A DNA stretch of 63,322 bases, counting the filler, from Octopus bimaculoides (taxonomy: Eukaryota): assembly GCF_001194135.2 (NCBI RefSeq). It is 13 parts of 10 records of this genome, joined end to end, with 100 filler letters (N's around TTAATTAATTAA, not from the genome) between each part and the next. Parts side by side here need not be neighbours in the genome. Positions count along the whole stretch, not along the records: positions 61,961 to 63,322 come from NC_068997.1; 12 more parts are not named here. One strand, 5' to 3'. Made by a program: the position numbers and the translations under genes. A model generated the notes under the pieces. That model worked only from the letters and a program-made list of their open reading frames with translations. It searched no databases and was not told the DNA's origin. This document shows, piece by piece, positions 63,264-63,322 of the stretch; position 1 is the first letter of the stretch; each line of letters starts with the position of its first letter.

Positions 63264-63322
<59 letters not shown>

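Overview
Repeat-saturated animal genomic scaffold, most likely a cephalopod of the genus Octopus. This is inferred from the microsatellite load, the SINE families and the HSP90 sequence, not proven. About 5 kb is N, and 12 gap joins carry an artificial TTAATTAATTAA six-frame-stop linker. Two protein-coding genes are supported. (1) A + strand ceruloplasmin/hephaestin-type multicopper oxidase: I assembled 7 phase-compatible GT-AG exons (14322-22224, 686 aa) covering cupredoxin domains 3-6. Two type-1 Cu sites and the domain-6 cluster histidines are intact, there are His-rich loops, and there is no transmembrane anchor. Its N-terminal exons are not visible. (2) Three middle-domain exons of a - strand cytosolic HSP90 (36004-37412) on a short contig between two gap joins. 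The rest is decayed or non-autonomous mobile DNA: three mariners, a pogo-like remnant, a Penelope-like element, three Tx1/L1-like 3' ends, at least three R4/Dong-like retrotransposon families sitting in (TAA)n or (CATA)n microsatellites, hAT MITEs, a DINE-1/HINE-like element, several tRNA-derived SINE families and isolated near-perfect hairpins. I found no rRNA, true tRNA gene, CRISPR array or prokaryotic system. The best candidates for something undescribed are a microsatellite-centred retroelement community (microsatellite-targeting LINEs, a SINE carrying a microsatellite, a SINE sharing its tail with a Tx1-like LINE) and the anchorless His-rich oxidase. All of this is from manual reading and needs database and RNA checks.
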